Source of the DNA: Squalus acanthias
Lineage: Eukaryota
Length of the DNA: 64,000 bases
Direction of reading: 5' to 3'
Assembly (NCBI GenBank): GCA_030390025.1
Contig: CM059432.1
Span: 81,408,001 to 81,472,000, forward strand
Shown: positions 12,451 through 25,910 of the stretch, in pieces
How the letters are laid out: each line of letters opens with the position of its first letter
How positions within the stretch are numbered: position 1 is the first letter of the stretch
Notes under the pieces: model-generated
Seen by the model: the letters and a program-made list of their open reading frames with translations, nothing else
Told to the model about the DNA's origin: nothing
The model's database searches: none
Translations under genes and position numbers: made by a program

Positions 12451-12885
12451 CAACAACAAACAAGCAAAAACTTGCATTTATGTAGCATCTTTAATGTAGT
12501 AAAATGTCCCAAGGGGCTACACAGGAACAGTTATCAATCACAATTTGCCACCGAGCCACATAAGGAGATATTAAGGCAGATGACCAAAACCTTAGCCAAA
12601 GAGGCAAGTTTTAAGGAGTGTCTTAAAGGAGGAGAGAGGTAGAGAGCCAGAGACGTTGAGGGAAGGAATTCCAAAGCTTAGAGCCTAGGCAGCTGAAAGC
12701 ACAGCCACCAATGGTGGAGCGATTAGAATTGGGGATGCGCACGAGGCCAGAATTGAAGGTGCGCAGAGATCTCGGAACGTTGTAGGACTAGAGGAGGTTA
12801 CAGAGATAGGGAGGGGAGAGGCCATGGAGGGATTTGAAAACAAGGATGAAAATTTTAAAATTGAGGCATTGTTAGACCAGAGCAC
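12451..12885 (-). mobile_element. L2 LINE 3' fragment
   Basis: (CAA)n tail with ACTTGCATTTA; similar to 48611-49410 and to the reverse of 30535-31192. Confidence 0.8.
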
Positions 12886-13358
12886 AGCATTAATAAAAAT
12901 AGTAAAGAGCAACTGTCCCAACACCGATCCCTGCGGGACACCACTTGTGACCGGTCTCCAAAAAGATCCAAATCCATCTGTAACTACTTTTTGCCTACTT
13001 CCTGCCAGCCAGTTCTCAATCCAGCTCAATATTTTACCATTAATACTAGAGACGTTGGGGGAGAAATTTGGTTGGTTAGCACCTCCGTTAGCGCTAATGG
13101 GACGCGAACAACTTACCGCCCGGGCGCGGTGATGTTAGCGCCGCCGGTGAAATTCACCTGGAGGTTTGTGGTGGTGCTAACCACTACGGCCATGATCTCC
13201 TGCGCCCGGAGATCATGACGTCATCCAAGCGTGCATCGCCCTGGTAGCGCCCCGGACCGGAAATTCATTTTCGCCCCCCTGCCTCCGCGCCGGCTGTTAG
13301 GAACGACAGGTAGAGGAGGCGGTTTGCAGTCGGCTGGGAGCTGCAGGAGCGCTATTTA

Positions 13359-14957
13359 GAAACATAGAAGAAACATAGAAAAATAGGAGCAGGAGTAGGC
13401 CATTCAGCCCTTCGAGCCTGCTCCGCCATTCAATATGATCATGGCTGACCCTCTATCTCGATACCATATTCCCGCTCTCGCCCATACCCCTTGATGTCTT
13501 TTGTGTCTAGAAATCTATCTATCTCCTTCTTAAATATATTCAGTGACTTGGCCTCCACAGCCTTCTGTGGTAGAGAATTCCACAGGTTCACCACCCTCTG
13601 AGTGAAGAAATTTCTCCTCATCTCAGTCTTAAATGTCCTACCCCGTATCCTGAGAGTGTGACCCCTCGTTCTAGACCCCCCAGCCAGGGGAAACATCCTC
13701 CCTGCATCCAGTCTGTCTAGCCCTGTCAGAATTTTATACGTTTCAATGAGATCCCCTCTCATTCTTCTAAACTCTAGTGAATACAGGCCTAGTCGACCGA
13801 ATCTCTCCTCATACGACAGTCCTGCCATCCCAGGAATCAGTCTGGTGAACCTTCCTTGCACTCCCTCTATGGCAAGTATATCCTTTCTTAGGTAAGGAGA
13901 CCAAAACTGCACACAGTACTCCAGGTGTGGTCTCACCAAGGCCCTGTATAACTGTAGTAAGACATCCTTGCTCCTGTACTCAAATCCTCTTGCAATGAAG
14001 GCCAACATACCATTTGCCTTCCTAACTGCTTGCTGCACCTGCATGTTTGCTTTCAGTGACTGGTGTACAAGGACACCCAGGTCCCTTTGTACATCAGCAT
14101 TTCTCAATCTCTCACCATTTAAATAATACTCTACCTTTCTGTTTTTCCTACCGAAGTGGATAACTTCACATTTATCCACGTTATACTGCATCTGCCATGT
14201 ATTTTCCCACTCACTCAACTTGTCTAAATCGCCTTGAAGCCTCTTTGCATCCTCTCCACAACTCACAATCCCACCTAGTTTCGTGTCGTCAGCAAACTTG
14301 GAAATATTACATTTGGTTCCCTCCTCCAAATCATTGATATATATTGTGAATAGCTGGGTCCCAAGCACTGATCCTTGCGGTACCCCACTAGTCACCGCCT
14401 GCCAACCCGAAAAAGACCCATTTATTCCTACTCTCTGTTTCCTGTCTGTTAACCAATTTTCAATCCATGCCAGTATATTACCCCCAATCCCATGTGCTTT
14501 AATTTTGCACACTAACCTCTTATGTGGGACTTTATCAAAGGCCTTCTGAAAATCCAAATACACCACATCCACTGGTTCTCCCTTATCTATTCTACCAGTT
14601 ACATCCTCAAAAACTCCAGTAGGTTTGTCAAACACGATTTCCCTTTCATAAATCTATGTTGACTTTGTCTAATCCCGTTGATATTTTCTAAGTGTTCTGT
14701 TATCACATCCTTTATAATAGACTCTAACATTTTCCCTACTACTGATGTTAGGCTAACTGGTCTGTAGTTCCCTGTTTTCTCCCTCCCTCCTTTTTTAAAC
14801 AGTGGGGTTACATTTGCCGCCCTCCAATCTGCAGGAACTGTTCCATAATCTATAGAATTTTGGAAGATGACAACTAATGCATTCACTATTTCCATGGCTT
14901 CCTCTTTTAGTACGCTGGGATGCAGATTATCAGGCCCTGGGGATTTGTCGGCTTTCA
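13359..14957 (-). mobile_element. 5'-truncated CR1 LINE (RT region, one frameshift)
   Basis: ORFs 14599-14958 and 13439-14635 carry RT motifs. The tail reads (GAAACATA)n on the + strand. Confidence 0.95.
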
Positions 14958-15663
14958 AAGGCGTGAACTTCCTTTTTTTTTGTCAGCAAGCGATGCTGCC
15001 TTGTCACTTTGACAGAAGCAGACAGGCGTTTTGACCCATTTGGGGTTTTTCTACTTGAAGGAGTTTTGCTCCTGACAAAAATTTATCAGGTTCATTTGTG
15101 TTACTTTTGATACTGCAACATTTCCAACACTTAATGGGGGCTGTACTGGCACGGGACCTCGCCCTCCAGCTTCACTGTCGGAGGCAGCGGAGGCAGAGAG
15201 AAAGATTGAAAAACATGGCCAGAGGGCTCTCAACAGGAGAACTTACCCTCCCAGGGTATTCCGGGAGCAGTTCTCCTACATTCATCTCTCAGAGGAGCAG
15301 TGCCTTAGAAGGCTCCGCTTCAGCAAGGAGGTGGTCACCGAGCTCTGCCACCTCCTGCAGCCAGAGCTCCAGCCTCAGCTCAGGACCAGGACATCTCTGT
15401 CGGTGGCAGTGAAGGTCACAGTCGCTCTCAATTTCTACGCCAGCGGCTCCTTCCAAGCTTCAACAGGGGATATTGCAAACATTTCACAGTTCGCCGTCCA
15501 TTGCTGCATCCAGGAAGTGACACATGCTCTGCTCAGAAGGAGAAGGGAGTACATCTCATTCCCCATGACCAGAGACGAACAGCATGAATGCACATGTAGC
15601 TTTGCAAGGATAGCGGGCTTCCCCACAGTTCAAGGAGCCATTGACTGCACGTACGTGGCATTG

Positions 15664-18600
15664 TCATAGTCATAGAGTTATACAGCACAGAAAGAGGCCC
15701 TTTGGCTCATCGTGTCCACGCCGGCCATCAAGCCCTATCTATTCTAATCCCATTTTCCAGCACTTGGTCCATAGCCTTGTAATGTATGGCGTTTCAAGTG
15801 CTCATCTAAATGCTTCTTGAATGTTGTGAGGGTTCCTGCCTCTACCACCCTTTCAGGCAGTGAGTTCCAGATTCCAACCACCCTCTGGGTGAAAAAGTTT
15901 TTCCTCAAATCCCCTCTAAACCTCCTGCCCCTTACCTTGAAACTATGCCCCCTGGTTATTGACCCCTCTACTAAGGGGAAAAGTTCCATTCTATCTACCC
16001 TATCTATGCCCCTCATAATTTTGTACATCTCAATCAGGTCCCCCCTCAGCCTTCTCTGCTCCAAGGAAAACCACCTCAGCCTGTCCAGTCTCTCTTCATA
16101 GCTGAAGCGCTCCAGCCCAGGTAACATCCTGGTGAATCTCCTCTGCACCCTCTCCAATGCAATCACATCCTTCCTATAGTGTGGCAACCAGAACTGCACA
16201 TAGTATTCCAGCTGTGGCCTAACTAGAGTTTTGTACAGCTCCAACATAACCTCCCTGCTCTTATATTCTATGCCTCGGCTAATGAAGGCAAGTATCCCAT
16301 ATGCCTTTTTAACCACCTTATCTACCTGTCCTGCTGCCTTCAGGGATCTATGTGCATGCACACCAAGGTCCCTCTGATCCTCTGTCCTTCCTAGGGTCCT
16401 ACCATTCATTGTGTATTCCCTTGCCTTGTTAGTCCTCCCAAAATGCATCACCTCACACTTTTCAGGGTTAAATTCCATTTGCCACTGTTCTGCCCATCTG
16501 ACCAACCCGTCTATATCGTCCTGTAGCCTGAGGCTTCCCTCCTCGCTATTTACCACTCCACCAATTTTCGTGTCATCTGCGAACTTACTGATCATACCTC
16601 CTACATTCATATCTAAATCATTAATGTACACTACAAACAGCAAAGGACCCAGTACCGATCCCTGCGGTACACCACTGGACACAGGCTTCCAGTCACAAAA
16701 ACAACCTTCGACCATCACCCTCTGCCTCCTGCCAGTAAGCCAATTTTGGATCCAATGTGCCAAATTGCCCTGAATCCCATGGGCTCTTACTTTCTTGACC
16801 AGTCTCCCATACGGGATTTTGTCAAAAGCCTTACTGAAGTCCATGTAGACTACATCAACTGCACTACCCTCATCCACGCACCTAGTCACCCTCTCGAAAA
16901 ATGCAATCAAATTCGTTAGACATGATCTCCCCCTGACAAAGCCATGCTGACTATCCTTGATTAATCCTTGCCTCTCCAAGTGGAGACTAATTCTGTCCCT
17001 CAGAATTTTTTCCAATAATTTCCCTACCACTGATGTTAGGCTCACTGGCCTATAATTCCCTGGTTTATCTCTACTACCCTTCTTGAATAATGGTACTACG
17101 TTAGCTGTCCTCCAGTCCTCTGGCACCTCCCCTGTGGCCAGAGAGGTTCTGAAAATTTGTGTCAGAGCCCCTGCAATCTCCTCCATTGCCTCACACAGCA
17201 GCCTGGGATACATCTCGTCTGGGCCTGGGGATTTATCCACTTTTAAGCCCGCTAAAACCGCTAGTACCTCCTCCCTCTCAATACTAATTTGTTCAAGTAT
17301 ATCACAATCCCCCTGCCTGATTTCTATGCCTACATCGTCCTTCTCCATAGTGAACACAGATGCAAAATATTCATTTAAAACCTCACCTACATCTTCTGGC
17401 TCTACACACAGATTGCCACTTTGGTCCCTAATGGGCCCTACTCTTTCTCTGGTTATCCTCTTGCCCTTAATATACTTATAAAACACCTTGGGATTTTCCT
17501 TTATTTTGCCCTCCAGTGTTTTTTCATGCCCCCTCTTCGCTCTCCTAATTTCTTTTTTAAGTACCCCCCTGCACTTTCTATACTCCTCTCGGGCTTCCAC
17601 TGTTTTTAGTCCTTTGTATCTGCCAAAAGCCTCCCTTTTTTTCCTAATCCATTCTTGTATATCCCTTGACATCCAGGGTTCCCTGGGCTTGTTGGTCCCA
17701 CCCTTGACCTTTACGGGAACATGTTGGCGTTGTACTCTCTCTATTTCCTTTCTGAAAGACTCCCACTGCTCTGATGTGGATTTTCCTACAAGTAGCTGAT
17801 CCCAGTCCACTTTGGCCAGATCCTGCCTTATCATATTAAAATCGGCCTTCCCCCAATTTAGAACCTTTATTTCCGGTCCATCTTTGTCCTTTTCCATGAC
17901 TACCTTAAATCTCACCGAATTATGGTCACTGTCACCAAAATGCTCTCCTACTGACACTTCTACCACTTGCCTGGCTACATTCCCTAGAATTAGGTTCAGT
18001 ACCGCCCCCTCTCTTGTAGGACTTTCTACATGCTGGCTCAAAAAGCTCTCCTGGATGCACTTTAAGAATTCCGCACCCTCTAAGCCTTTCACACTCTGAC
18101 TATCCCAGTTAATATTGGGGAAATTGAAATCCCCTACTATTATTACCCTATTATTTCTGCACTTCTCTGAGATTTGCCTACATATCTGTTTCCCCTATCT
18201 CCCCCTGACTGTTTGGGGGCCTATAGTACACTCCCAGCAAAGTGCTTGCCCCCTTTTTGTGTTTAAGTTCTACCCATATGGCCTCATTAGAGGAACCTGC
18301 TAAGATATCATCCCTCCTTACAGCAGTAATTGACTCCTTGATTAATATTGCGACACCCCCTCCTCTTTTACTCCCCCCTCTGTCTCGCCTGAAGATTCTA
18401 TACCCCGGAATATTGAGCTGCCAGTCCTGCCCCTCCCTCAACCATGTCTCTGTGATAGCAACAATATCATACTCCCATGTGCTCATCAACACCTTCAATT
18501 CATCAGCCTTACTCGCAAGACTCCTTGCATTAAAATAAATGCCATCCAGCCTTGCCATACTCCCTTGTGCCATTACATATTTGCTCTGCCTTCCAGGCTG

Positions 18601-18829
18601 ACTTGTTTTTTCCTCTATATTTGGCTGTGCATCACCCCCTACTATAGCTCCACTCCGTATCCCATCCCCCTGCCAAGTTAGTTTAAACCCCCCCCCCCCC
18701 CAACAGCACTAGCAAACCTCCCCGCAAGGATGTTGGTCCCGTTCTGGTTCAGGTGCAAGCCGTCCGACTTGTACAGGTTCCACCTTCCCCAGAAGCAGAC
18801 CCAGTGATCCAGAAACTAAAGCCCTCCCT
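15664..18829 (-). mobile_element. Long CR1 LINE: ORF1 3' end, near-intact ORF2 and 3' UTR
   Basis: ORF1 SGNH-esterase tail (YKSDGLHLN) ~18690-18829. APE endonuclease motifs YFNARSL, ITETWL, GVYYRPP, GDFN; RT domain; (CATAGT)n tail on +. Confidence 0.95.
15744..18573 (-). CDS. CR1 ORF2 (APE endonuclease + RT) with a single frameshift near 18190
   Basis: ORF 18178-18573 plus a frame open from ~18185 through 15744 (782-aa ORF in the track). Confidence 0.85.
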
Positions 18830-19745
18830 CATCACAATGCAGAGGTGTTCCACAACCGCAAAGGCTACCACTCTCTGAATGTGCAGTTGGTGTGCAACCA
18901 CAGACAGCGCATCCTCGCCGTCAATGCTCGCTATCCTGGCAGCAGCCACAATGCATTCATCCTGTGACAGACTGGTGTCCCCAGCACTGTTCCACCCACC
19001 ACATGAAGCTCGCGGCTGGCTGCTCAGAGACAAGGGTTATCCACTCGCCACCTGGCTGATGACACACCTCCGCAACACTTCTGCTCAGCACGCATACAAT
19101 GAGAGTCATAGCACCACCAGGAACCTGATCGAACAGACTATCGGCGTGCTAAAGCAATGGTTCCGCTGCCTTGACCACTCTGGAAGAGCCCTGCAGTACT
19201 CCCTTGATTGAGTCTCCTTTTTCATTGTTGTGTGCTGCATGCTGCACAACCTGGCCATTCTGAGGGCCCAGCCATTGCCACCACGGATTGGTAGACCACC
19301 TGAGGAGGAGGAGGAGGCGGAGGAGGAGGATGAAGAGGAGGAGGAGCAGCACCAACGTAGGAGGGAACCACTCAATGTTGCTTCTGCAAGGGCTGCTCGT
19401 GAACGCCTCATTACACAGCACTTCCAATGAATGAGATAGCACAAGGCATTTGCACAGAACAACCACATCATTATAGCCAGCTCGCAGCCCCTATCATCGG
19501 GCAAAGCTCAAATGAGAAACATCACAAAATTTGCTACGTTGAAATAAACATTTATTATTCTGCACAACTCTCTCTTATCAAACACAACCAATAATAAACA
19601 AACACAACAATTTATGAACAAACATAACTGGTTCTTAGCAAACAGAACTATTTCTTACCAAACTGAACAATATATTTACGAACACATCAACTTTTGTACA
19701 CAACACCTCCCATTTGCTATTAACATTTTATTTACTGGGCCTTCC

Positions 19746-21179
19746 TCAATGATTTCCCTCCCCTTTGCAATTCCCCCTCCCAACCCTACTGCTCCTCCGT
19801 AATGTGGCCCCAGTGGATGCAGCAAGACTGGCGGAAGGCTGCTGAATGCCAGAGCCAGAGACTGCAGATGGCCTTGCAGGACGCCCTCGACCAGCTCTGG
19901 GCCTGGAAGGCCCGGCTGCAGACTGCACCAACTCAGCATGGGCGGCAGCAGTCTGGGATGGCTGGGTGATAGGCTGCGGCAAGTACAATGGCGGAGTGGC
20001 AGTGGTGGGAGCAGGAATGCTGTCATCCTGAGAGAGGACAGTACCTTCCTGCTTGACCAACACACTGCCACTCCCCCAGGGCAGAACCTCAGCATCCAGA
20101 GCAATCTGCTTGAGCACAGATTGCTGGCCTGCTGCGGCACCGTGAGATCCCCGGTGGACAGTGGGCGACCCAGCAACGATGGCAGCAGTCAGCGCTTGCG
20201 TGGCATTAATCTGAGACTGCATCAAAGCAGTCTGAGACTGGATGCCACCAACCAATGACTCCATTACAGCACTAAGCCATTGCGTTGTCTCGGCCTGTGC
20301 TGCAATAGCTGCTGCCACCTCACCCATGACACGTAGCATGAGGTCTGGGTCCTCACGGTTTCTCCACGAGTCAACCATTTTCTGCAAAGTGCCATGGATG
20401 GGCACGATGGTTTGCGCAGAGATGAGAGCAATGCTGGAGGCGGACTCCTCCACGCTCCTAGCCAGTCATCCATGCTCTCGGGCACCATTGCCATTGCACC
20501 CATGAGCTTAGTGTGCGTGCCCAGCGCCTGTGTGGTGAACATCTCCACATCGAGGACCTCATCTGAGTCCTGTGCAGCAGAACTCGTGCGCGCTCTCACC
20601 CTCCGGGGAGATGGCCCCGAGCTTCCCTCTCCCCATGGCGTTGCTGCAGCCCGCTGGGTCCTGGAGCTTCACCTACATCAGAGCCATTTCCTCTGCTCCC
20701 CTCCAGTGACCGGGTAGCCCCATTATCGGATGTCTCGCCCTCGGGAAACACAGGCAGTGAGGCTCCGGCTTGGTGTTCCTCCTCCTCTCCCGTGTCGCTG
20801 CCACTGGGAGGCTGAGGGACAGGCTGGTCAGATGGTAGCTGATTATCTGAAAGCATTAAGGCACAAGAGTGGGTTTAATGTCAGGGGAGGAGGGCAGGAA
20901 GGGAGCAAGGAATGGAGACGGTATACTTAGATGGAAAGTGGGAAGCGCTTGTGTTGTGAGGGGGAAGCGGTATGAGAGAAGAGGGAGAAGAGAAGAGGGA
21001 GCGATGATGAACATACCGTTGTTGTCCACAAGTGGGTCAACCTCTCCGACTGCCACAGCGCCCATGACCTGGGCCGCGATGATGCTGTGCACTCGCTCCT
21101 CCAGCTGTGTGAGGGGGTGCAGCTCCGCCTGACCTCCTCCCGTGCATTGCTGCTCCCTCCTGTTATGAGCAAGCTTGGC
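19746..21179 (-). pseudogene. Harbinger Myb/SANT gene exons 2 (21179-21017) and 3 (20846-19746); exon 1 missing
   Basis: TTGCAG|AKLAHNRREQQCTGGG...DNN|GTATGT and TTTCAG|exon 3. Same exon layout as 2485-3796 and 51761-53702. Confidence 0.8.
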
Positions 21180-21818
21180 CTGCAAGAAAAAGGACAGCGT
21201 GTGAGTGAGTGAGTGTGCAGTCATGTGTTTGGCAGATGTGCCTACCATAGTTGAATTGCTGTTATTGTATGCAAGGCGTGAGATGTGGATGTGACTTTTA
21301 GTGGCTGGGCGTAGCTGGTGGGTGAGTGTTGGGGATTTGGCGGTTTATACCGTCTGTGCACAGAGTGAAGTTGAGATGGTGGCATCCTCCGACTCTTTAC
21401 AATCCTTTAAAACCCCAAATTGGAATTATGTAACCACTAGTTATTAATTTACCTAATTTTCTCCCCCACTCTTCCCAGTTTTGGTGGTGTTCTGCACTAT
21501 TGCCTTTTGGCTTTCACCTCAGTTTCTCAATAAGAAAAAATAAAACTCTAATTCAATTGAAGCCAAAAATCCATGGCCCTTCCAGCAAACTCCCAGCATA
21601 ACGCGGGCAGGAGTGTGGCAGAAGTGTCACAAATTAGTCCACATCCAGATACATCAGGTGCCATGAGCCCCTCTAATGAGCAGAGCCTCCACCCACCCAA
21701 AACCAGAGGCATATGACAGGATTGGCGTGGGGACTCCCAATACCAGGAGTTCCAGGCATACAATGTTGCCAAGATTGGTGGGAGACCAGAGGATTGGGAT
21801 ATTTTTAAAAACCAGCAA

Positions 21819-23470
21819 GATGAGAGTGTGATAAAGGTGGATAGGCTGGAGGTGGTAGATGTTCTGAGGGAAGATGTTTTAGCTATTTTGAAGAACCTGA
21901 GGGTCGATAAGTCCCCTGGGCCAGATGGGATATATCCTAGGATTCTTTGGGAGGCAAGGGAGGAGATTGCAGAGCCTCTGGCTTTGATCTTTGGGTCCTC
22001 ACTGTCCACGGGAATGGTGCCAGAGGACTGGAGAGTGGCGAATGTTGTTCCTCTCTTCAAGAAAGGAAATAGGAATGACCCTGGTAATTATAGGCCGGTT
22101 AGTCTTAATTCGGTGGTTGGTAAGATAATGGAAAAGGTCCTGAGGGATAGGATTTATGACCATTTGGAAAGGGGCAACTTAATCAGGGATAGTCAACACG
22201 GATTCGTGAAGGGTAAGTCTTGCCTAACAAATTTGATTGAATTCTTTGAGGAGGTAACTAAGTGTGTAGATCAAGGTAGAGCAGTTGATGTCGTATACAT
22301 GGATTTTAGTAAGGCGTTTGATAAGGTTCCCCATGGTCGGCTCATGAAGAAAGTAAGGAGTTGTGGGATAGAGGGAAATTTGGCCGATTGGATAAGTAAC
22401 TGGCTATCTCATAGAAGGCAGAGGGTGGTGGTGGATGGAACATTTTCGGACTGGAGACCAGTTACCAGCGGTGTGCCACAGGGGTCGGTGCTGGGTCCTC
22501 TGCTGTTTGTGATTTTTATCAATGACTTGGAGGAGGGGACTGAAGGGTGGATCAGTAAATTTGCTGATGACACCAAGATTGGTGGAGCAGTGGATGAGGT
22601 GGAGGGTAGTTGTAGGCTGCAAAGAGACATTGATAGGATGCAGAGCTGGGCCGAAAAATGGCAGATGGAATTTAACCCTGATAAGTGCGAGGTGATTCAT
22701 TTTGGTAGGGCAAATTTGAATAAGGATTACAGGGTCAACGGCAGGGTTCTGAGGAACGTGGAGGAGCAGAGGGATCTGGGGGTTCATATCCACAGATCTC
22801 TGAAGGTTGCCACTCAAGTGGATAGAGCAGTAAAGAAGGCCTATGGTGTGTTGGCGTTTATTAACAGAGGGTTTGAGTTTAAGAACCGTGAGGTTATGCT
22901 GCAACTGTACAGGACCTTGGTGAGACCACATTTGGAATATTGTGTGCAGTTCTGGTCACCTCACTATAGGAAGGACGTGGAAGCATTGGAAAGAGTGCAA
23001 AGGAGATTTACCAGGATGCTGCCTAGTTTGGGGGGGAGGTCTTATGAGGAAAGATTGAGGGAGTTGGGGCTTTTCTCTTTAGAGCGGAGGAGGATGAGAG
23101 GCGACTTAATAGAGGTTTATAAGATGATGAGGGGGATAGATAGAGTGGATGTTCAGAGACTATTTCCTCGGGTAGAGGCAGCTGTTACAAGGGGGCATAA
23201 CTATAAGGTGCATGGGGGGAGATATAGAAGGGATGTCCGAGGTAGATTCTTTACTCAGAGAGTGGTTGGTGTGTGGAATGGACTGCCTGCTGTGATAGTG
23301 GAGTCGGACACTTTAGGAACTTTCAAGCGGTTATTGGATAAGCACATGGAGCACACCAGAGTGATAGGGAGTGTGATAGCTTGATCTTGGTCTCGGACAA
23401 TGCTCGGCACAACATCGAGGGCCGAAGGGCCTGTACTGTGCTGTACTGTTCTATGTTTCTATGTTTCTAT
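21819..23470 (+). mobile_element. 5'-truncated young CR1 with open RT ORF 21828-23384
   Basis: 518-aa uninterrupted RT ORF and (TTCTATGT)n tail. Confidence 0.95.
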
Positions 23471-25028
23471 AAAGGATGACTAAAAAAATAAGAAAGAGAG
23501 AGAAGATGAATTATGAGAGTAAACTGGCAAGAAATATTAAAACAGATAGTAAGAGCTTCTACAGGTATATAAAAAGGAAGAGAGTAGCTGAAATAAACGT
23601 TGCTCCCTTAGAGGATGAGACTGGGGAATTAATAATGGGGAACGGGGAAATGGCAGAGACTCTGAACAAATATTTTGTATCTGTTTTCACGGAAGAAGAC
23701 ACTAAAAATATCCCATTAATGGATAATCAAGGGGCCACAGGGAGGGGGGAACTAAAGACAATCACTATCACTAAGGAAATAGTACTTGGTAAAATAACGG
23801 AACTAAAAGACAACAAGTCCCCTGGACCAGATGGCCTGCATCCCAGGGTCTTAAAAGAAGTGGCTGCAGAGATAGTGGATGCATTGGTTGCAATATACCA
23901 AAATTCCCTGGACTCTGGAGAGGTCCCAGCGGATTGGAAAACCGCAAAATGTAACACCCCTATTTAAGAAAGGAGGGAGACAGAAAGCAGGAAACTATAG
24001 ACCAGTTAGCCTAACATCTGACGTTGGGAAAATGCTGGAGTCCTTCATTAAGGAAGCAGTAGCAGGGCATTTCGAAAATCATAATACAGTCAAGCAGAGT
24101 CAGCATGGTTTTATGAAAGGGAAATCATGATAAACAAATTTGCTGGAGTTCTTTGAGGATGTAACAAGCAGGGTGGACAAGGGTGAGCCAGTGGATGTGG
24201 TGTATTTGGATTTCCAGAAGGCATTCGATAAGGTGCCACATGAAAGGTTACTGCATAAGATAAGAGCTCATGGAGTTGGGGGTAATATATTAGCATGGAT
24301 AGAGAATTGGCTAACTAACAGAAAGCAGAGAGTCGGGATAAATGGGTCATTTTCCGGTTGGCAAACGGTAACTAGTGGGGTGCCACAGGGATCGGTGCTG
24401 GGGCCTCAACTATTTACAATCTACATTAATGACTTGGATGAAGGGACCGAGTGTAATGTAGCCAAGTTTGCGGATGATACAAAGATGGGTGGGAAAGCAA
24501 GTTGTGCAGAAGACTCAAAGAATCTGCAAAGGGATATAGACAGGTTAAGTGAGTGGGCAAACATTTGGCAGATGGAGTATAATGTGGGAAAGTGCAAGGT
24601 TAACCACTTTGGCAGGAAAAATAAAAAAGAAAATTATTATTTAAATGGAGAGAGATTACAAAATGCTACAGTTCAGAGGGACCTGGGGGTCCTTGTGCAT
24701 GAAACACAAAAAGTTAGCATGCAGGTACAGCAAGTAATCAAAAAGGCAAATGGAATGTTGGCTTTTATTGCAAGGGGGTTGGAGTATAAAAGCAGGGAAG
24801 TCCTGCTACAACTGTACAGGGTATTGGTGAGACCACACCTTGAGTACTGCGTACAGTTTTGGTCTCCTTGCTTAAGGAAGGATATACTTGCATAGGAGGC
24901 AGTTCAAAGATGATTCACTTGGTTAATTCCAGAGATGAGGGGATTGACTTATGAAGAAAGGTTGAGCAGGTTGGGCCTATACTCATTGGAATTTAGAAGA
25001 ATGAGAGGTGATCTTATTGAAACATATA

Positions 25029-25910
25029 GGGGGAAAAATTCAGTTGGTTGCGCCTCCCGTTAGCGCCTTAAGAGGGCGCTAATGGGGTGCAAAGCAACTA
25101 GCGCCCGGGCGCGGCGATGTTTGCGCCGCTCGCGAAATTAACTAGACATTTTGCGGCGGCGCTAAACACTACTGCCACGATTTCCTGCGCCGGCAGATCG
25201 TGACGTCAGTCGAGTGCACAACGCCCCGGTAGCACCCCGAAGCGGATATTGAGTGGCGCCCCCTGCCTTACCGCCTGCCACTAGCAACGACAGGTTGAGG
25301 GGAACGTTTTGCAGTCAGGAAGGGACTGGGGGAGCGCTATTTAAAGGCGACCGCTTCCTGCGTTTTTTTTTGTTGACATTTTTGAACCACACATTCTGAG
25401 AGAGAGAGAGAGAGAGACTTCTGGAGAGATTCAACGCTGTGTGAAGGAGTTTTGGGTACTGAGCAGCACTTTGCAGGTTCATTTTGATTTGCCCTTCCTT
25501 CTATCGATTTAGAAGAGACTGTGGGGGCTGCACTCTGAGCTCTTTCCCTGGTTCTCTCCATTGTTCTTTCCAGCAGATTTGATGTACAGGTCTCTCCAGG
25601 CCGAGATTCAAGGCTGCAATGAGCAGGATGTGGATGGAAAGCAAGATCAAGCCTCCCCTTTAAGAACTGGCCGGCGCCATTGTTTATGTGTTCCATTGCT
25701 GACTGACATCACATGAGCTTCGCCAGCGCTCTGAGGTAGCGCCTCACTTCTCGGCCTTTGCGCCTTAAGTCAGGTGTGAAGCGCTCCAATCACCTTCAGG
25801 GGCGATAAAAGTCAAGTTTGCAGTCGGAGGTGATAATTAGTGCCAGGCACTAATCTTTGCGCCCGGCCGATAATTGCGCCCCAAATGGGGCGATACTGAA
25901 TTTCTCCCCC
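25029..25910. mobile_element. Harbinger-family MITE, TSD ATA
   Basis: TIRs GGGGGAAAAATTCAGT / ACTGAATTTCTCCCCC. Removing the element and one ATA restores the CR1 sequence GAAACATATAAGAT seen at ~1673. Confidence 0.92.

Larger units (their letters stand above)
10835..13053 (-). mobile_element. Old fragmented CR1 hosting four later insertions
   Basis: Decayed CR1 3' end plus RT piece 12885-13030 ([24 protein letters not shown]). Interrupted by a SINE, a MITE and an L2, and cut by the Harbinger at 13057. Confidence 0.7.
15134..19430 (+). pseudogene. Harbinger DDE transposase (15134-15663 and ~18830-19430), split by a CR1
   Basis: RRLRFSKE...ALNFYASGSFQ...GAIDCT | [14 protein letters not shown]...[13 protein letters not shown]...DKGYPL...YNESH...[15 protein letters not shown]...CCMLHN, then an acidic tail. 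Contains stops and frameshifts. Confidence 0.92.
13057..21385. mobile_element. Formerly autonomous PIF/Harbinger transposon, right end lost, carrying two nested CR1s
   Basis: Left TIR GGGGGAGAAATT. Transposase on + and convergent Myb gene on -, separated by an AT-rich spacer (19430-19746) containing AATAAA. Confidence 0.9.

Noticed and set aside
15134..19430. Domesticated HARBI1 or NAIF1/MSANTD host genes
   Set aside because: The sequences have stops, frameshifts, nested LINEs, TIRs and multiple copies, so they are transposon copies.
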